A DNA stretch of 64,000 nt from assembly GCA_965223665.1 (NCBI GenBank), contig OZ245011.1, forward strand, positions 3,296,001 through 3,360,000. Direction: 5' to 3'. Shown here one piece after another: positions 60,238-64,000 of the stretch. Made by a program: the position numbers and the translations under genes. Position 1 is the first letter of the stretch. Each line of letters begins with the position of its first letter. Under the pieces are notes generated by a model. It was not told the DNA's origin. It saw only the letters and a list, made by a program, of their open reading frames with translations, and did not search any database. The stretch comes from Nitrospinaceae bacterium. Its GTDB lineage: Bacteria; Nitrospinota; Nitrospinia; Nitrospinales; Nitrospinaceae.

Positions 60238-63200
60238 TTACGCTGCTTTGGAAGGGGTTCCCAGCCTAAAATGAGATAAGCTTTTTTGAGAAGAAATTAA
60301 TTTTTTAAGAGCTTGCATGGCAAAAAAGTATTCACCATTATTCGAGAGACCGGTTTCCAAACAGATACGGTACCAATCAATGGCTTCCTCTATTCTCCCT
60401 TGAGTTTGGGCTTTGAAACCTAGGAAAAAAGAATATTCGCAGCGTTTTTTAGGGGTGTTCATTTGAAGGATTATTTCTTTCTTTGAAACCTTATGTAATA
60501 GAAAAAGACCTAAAAGGCCGTATTTATCTTCTTTCATTCCTGGAAGGTTATAGTAAGCTTTTAACTGATTGATTTCTTTTTGAGAAATATTTAAATAAAT
60601 TAAAGAGGAGGCTGCTCTTAACAACCAGTTGTAGCCATCGGGAGATTTCATTACTTTCCACAATAATTCAAAATGTCCATCGGCAAAAAAGTACATAGCG
60701 GCAGGTCCCATTAATTGTTGGGGAAGATTTTCTCTTAACCAGTTTACTGCTTTTTTCTCACCGGCGAATTCTTTTAAATATTTGTACATTGTGATTCGAA
60801 AAATAACTGATTCCATACTTTGAAGATGAACCTTTTGTGATAGTCTAAATGCTAGTTCATTTTGACCTAGCTCAAAAGCCGATTGAGCCCAAATTTTTAG
60901 AATTTTATTTTTTGAGTAAGAAGTGATTTGTGTAATCGCATATAGTGCCTGTAGAGATTGCTCCAATGGTCTTTCTTTAAAAATTTGTATGAACTCATAT
61001 CCCAGTTGTTGCCAATTATGAGTAGTCATGAGGTAAGGGTGATTTTTTATTAAAAGAGCCGCTTTAGCTAAATCGGATTGGTTCCAATAAAATCCAACAA
61101 GATTTGCAAGATATTTTGCAGAAGTAGGGTATCTTTGGTAACAACGAATAAACATTTCTTCCGCCTCTTTCTGTTGCCCAAGTTCTTGGAAAATTTTTCC
61201 TGCCCAACTTAGTGACCCTCCGGTATAACTTGGAACTGCTTCCAAAATAACTGGTAAAGCTTTTTTATATTGTTTTTCTTGATAATACGTTTTGGCCAGT
61301 TTAGTTAAAGCATGTGGCATTTCCAGATTAGTTGTTAAAACTTTTCTATTTAACCAATCCTGAATGACAACTCTTGCTGTATCATATTCTTTGTTTTTTA
61401 AAAGATAGTTAATGTAGGGTTTTCGTGCTTGCCAATTTTGGGGATCTTCCTTAACTATAGTTTTAAACCAATTTTCAATTGCGGAGGATGGAACTTCCTC
61501 AAATTTGTTTAGTAATCCGACAATATAGGATTTTAGCTTTTTGGGGGTGGTGGGGTCTCGAAGTAGTTGGAGTAATACGTTTTGATCTCGATTCAAAAAA
61601 GAGAAATATGCTTGTTGAGCAAAATAGCTCTTATCCGCAACCTTAATGAGCTGTTTTGTCAGTTTTTCATAAAGTTTTAAATCTAGCAAATTCTCATAGG
61701 CAATATCTGCCATTGCTTTTAGGTGCTCAGGACGAGTATCCAGTTTAGAAACCATTCTGCGTATACATACCCAAATTCCTGGATCTCCACTATGTAGATG
61801 TTTTTGAAGTTCTTGCCAGGTTCTCAGAACTAGTGGTGTTCCCCATTGATTAAAACCCATCAATTGTTCTATCATTTCATCTTTGTCAAGCTGTGAGTTA
61901 TAAGCTTGAGTCAAATAAAAGTACCAATTTGATATTTGGTGGGTTTGGTTGGGTTGAAAAAGTGAAAAAGAATCCACGGAGCTTTTTAATTTGTTAAAAA
62001 ATCTTTCTTTGGAAAATACAATTTTCTTAAATTTGTTTACCGTTTTTTGTCCTTTTACTAAAATACTATTGGAATTGGTATTAAGGATTTCAGCAAATTG
62101 GTTGGCACTCTTCAGGTCACTTAGGTTGTCTAAATAGAATAATCCCTCAGTAAAAATTGAAGAATAAAAATAGCTTCTAAAGAATAGTTCAAAGTCTTGC
62201 GAATTGAAGAAAACCCCTGAATAATTTTCAGTTGGTATGGAAATTTCGATCTCGAATTTATTTAGAAGAGATTTCAGATTTATGGAAACACCTAATATTT
62301 CACCTAGTGAGGTTAAAAATTGATTATTGTATTCGCCATTCGTGAAAACTTTTGATAAGGTTTTTATAGGTGGGTTCCCTGATTCTCTTGATAAATTTAA
62401 TAGAATTAATAATTGAGCTAATTTTGGAAAATTCCGCTTTGAATAAAAAGAGTCCAAGTTAAATCCGGTTTTTATTATTGAGAGTTGAGTAATGTCTTCT
62501 TTAAATGCCTTTTCTAACCAATGTTGCCATTTATCAAATTTTCCCTTTTTAGCAAGTCTTAATAACCAGAGATACTGAGTTTCTTTACTGGTTTTTTGGG
62601 AATGAGCTAGCTTTTTAAGGATCGAATCTTCTTTTAACAAAAATAACCTTAGGGGATCGTTTAACGGTAAGGTAAGAGCCAAAAGATTAGCATGAGATGA
62701 ATAACCTAGAGCTTCTGCAATTAAAGTCTCTTCACGGGACATGGCAGATGCTGTCAATCCTCGTGCAAGAGCTAAGTTGCACAATGATTTTGCCTTAAGT
62801 GCATCGGTAATTTCTATAAGGTCTAAGGTTTGAAATACAATTTGCGCAAGCGCTGTGGCCGCAGATTGAATAACCCAGTTATGATGAATCCCCTGATCCC
62901 AAAACTTGTTGGACATTTGGGCCACGAGTGCCATAGATGGAGTAAAGTAATTATTTAATTCATTTTTAATTAAAGTATGACTGGGATTGAAAATTTCGTT
63001 TGAAAGAATAATCGGGTATTTTCTATTTAAGCTTTTTGTCCAATTTACTAATAGGGTCATGAAATTGGAGAAATCTGGAAACTCTGGGATGGAACCTACA
63101 TTTATTCCTTGATAGCGGATATGCCACAAAATTCCGTCAAAATTAATTTGAGGATCTGAAGGTTTTTCCCCAGTAAAAAATGTGTGAATATCTGCGATTG

Positions 63201-63438
63201 CTAGTAAAAACCTTTTGTCGGGTTGCAAACGATAGCTATCTTCCAGTGTGTTGCGCATTTGCTGTGGAGGAACCTCCATGATATTGGGAATTTTTTCATC
63301 TAGAGGTGTAGCTTGGATCTTAGTAAATTGAGTGGGTTTGGGATTAAGACTTTCCCAAAACCAATTTGGTTGAAAAAACTGAATGTAGGAGGCGAAAGCC
63401 AGTGTGACGCCTAAAAGACCAAATAAATAGGGTCTCAT
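60238..63438 (-). CDS. Large membrane-anchored TPR-containing protein
   Basis: N-terminal TM, C-terminal TPR-like helices. Confidence 0.65.
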   Translation of the reverse strand: MRPYLFGLLGVTLAFASYIQFFQPNWFWESLNPKPTQFTKIQATPLDEKIPNIMEVPPQQMRNTLEDSYRLQPDKRFLLAIADIHTFFTGEKPSDPQINFDGILWHIRYQGINVGSIPEFPDFSNFMTLLVNWTKSLNRKYPIILSNEIFNPSHTLIKNELNNYFTPSMALVAQMSNKFWDQGIHHNWVIQSAATALAQIVFQTLDLIEITDALKAKSLCNLALARGLTASAMSREETLIAEALGYSSHANLLALTLPLNDPLRLFLLKEDSILKKLAHSQKTSKETQYLWLLRLAKKGKFDKWQHWLEKAFKEDITQLSIIKTGFNLDSFYSKRNFPKLAQLLILLNLSRESGNPPIKTLSKVFTNGEYNNQFLTSLGEILGVSINLKSLLNKFEIEISIPTENYSGVFFNSQDFELFFRSYFYSSIFTEGLFYLDNLSDLKSANQFAEILNTNSNSILVKGQKTVNKFKKIVFSKERFFNKLKSSVDSFSLFQPNQTHQISNWYFYLTQAYNSQLDKDEMIEQLMGFNQWGTPLVLRTWQELQKHLHSGDPGIWVCIRRMVSKLDTRPEHLKAMADIAYENLLDLKLYEKLTKQLIKVADKSYFAQQAYFSFLNRDQNVLLQLLRDPTTPKKLKSYIVGLLNKFEEVPSSAIENWFKTIVKEDPQNWQARKPYINYLLKNKEYDTARVVIQDWLNRKVLTTNLEMPHALTKLAKTYYQEKQYKKALPVILEAVPSYTGGSLSWAGKIFQELGQQKEAEEMFIRCYQRYPTSAKYLANLVGFYWNQSDLAKAALLIKNHPYLMTTHNWQQLGYEFIQIFKERPLEQSLQALYAITQITSYSKNKILKIWAQSAFELGQNELAFRLSQKVHLQSMESVIFRITMYKYLKEFAGEKKAVNWLRENLPQQLMGPAAMYFFADGHFELLWKVMKSPDGYNWLLRAASSLIYLNISQKEINQLKAYYNLPGMKEDKYGLLGLFLLHKVSKKEIILQMNTPKKRCEYSFFLGFKAQTQGRIEEAIDWYRICLETGLSNNGEYFFAMQALKKLISSQKSLSHFRLGTPSKAA

Positions 63439-63594
63439 CCGAGCACCAGGACTAATTTAAGTAAGATTGAAATTCGCTGTAAATATAAAAAGTATAAAGG
63501 ATTGTGGTCTTAAAAAACAGAAAATTAATATCTGCGGTTCCAAGAGGTTTTTATATAAAGATATAATGGAATAAAAAATCTGGGGGATTTGGTT

Positions 63595-64000
63595 ATGTAT
63601 ATATTGATAAAACGATGGATTATATTTTTCTTGGGACTGGTAATACTTTGGAGTGATCTAAATTCGGCCTATGCATTCACAATTCATGAATACAAAACTC
63701 CAACAAAAGACAGCAGTCCTTCAGATATAGCAATTGATGGAAATGGTAATTTATGGTTTACAGAAATTAATGCCAATAAAATTGGCAAATTGATTCCTTC
63801 TCAGTCTAAACCTGGAACATCTGAGGGAATTATAGAATATGATTTGCCTCAACCCAATAGTAAACCTCATTACATTACGGTAGCTCGGGATGGATTGATA
63901 TGGTTCACCGAGATGGAAGGAAACCGTATAGGAAAACTCAATCCTGAAACTGGCAAGATTAAAGAATATGAAATTCCTACTCCTAAAAGTGAACCTCATC
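63595..64000 (+). CDS. Exported Vgb (virginiamycin B lyase)-like beta-propeller protein, truncated by window edge
   Basis: Manual translation MYILIKRWIIFFLGL...PSDIAIDGNGNLWFTEINANKIGKL...DGLIWFTEMEGNRIGKLNP; GGGGGA RBS; absent from the ORF track. Confidence 0.82.
   Translation, partial: MYILIKRWIIFFLGLVILWSDLNSAYAFTIHEYKTPTKDSSPSDIAIDGNGNLWFTEINANKIGKLIPSQSKPGTSEGIIEYDLPQPNSKPHYITVARDGLIWFTEMEGNRIGKLNPETGKIKEYEIPTPKSEPH

Noticed and set aside
63751-63999. 82-aa minus-strand ORF in the ORF track
   Set aside because: It is antisense to the Vgb-like gene starting at 63595 on the plus strand.

Overview
AT-rich bacterial chromosomal window, densely coding, with no CRISPR array, prophage, integrase or IS element visible. 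The diderm envelope genes, multiheme cytochromes and protein style suggest a Nitrospinota-like lineage; this is inference only. Housekeeping genes include fabZ (partial), skp/ompH, bamA, clpC, metH, ilvB, ppx/gppA, lptG-like, amgK-like, engB, glgX, dapF-dapA-dapB, lexA-dinB, mlaC and pepA, plus tRNA-Arg(UCG) and tRNA-His(GUG). Accessory content includes a four-gene c-type cytochrome cluster with about 25 heme-binding motifs, a secreted NHL-repeat/NTF2 gene pair facing a B12-dependent radical SAM gene, and a CarH-like B12 photoreceptor coupled to an exported 1-Cys Tpx. The strongest unexplained signal is at about 47190-47370 on the minus strand. It is a GC-rich, terminator-bounded structured RNA with a 16-nt perfect complement to the 16S rRNA 3' end, placed in front of a 14-codon ORF (MSSDCRLGTSVGNC). 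Mutually exclusive helices could hide or expose that site. It lies downstream of a small basic zinc-finger gene whose leader can fold as a three-way junction.
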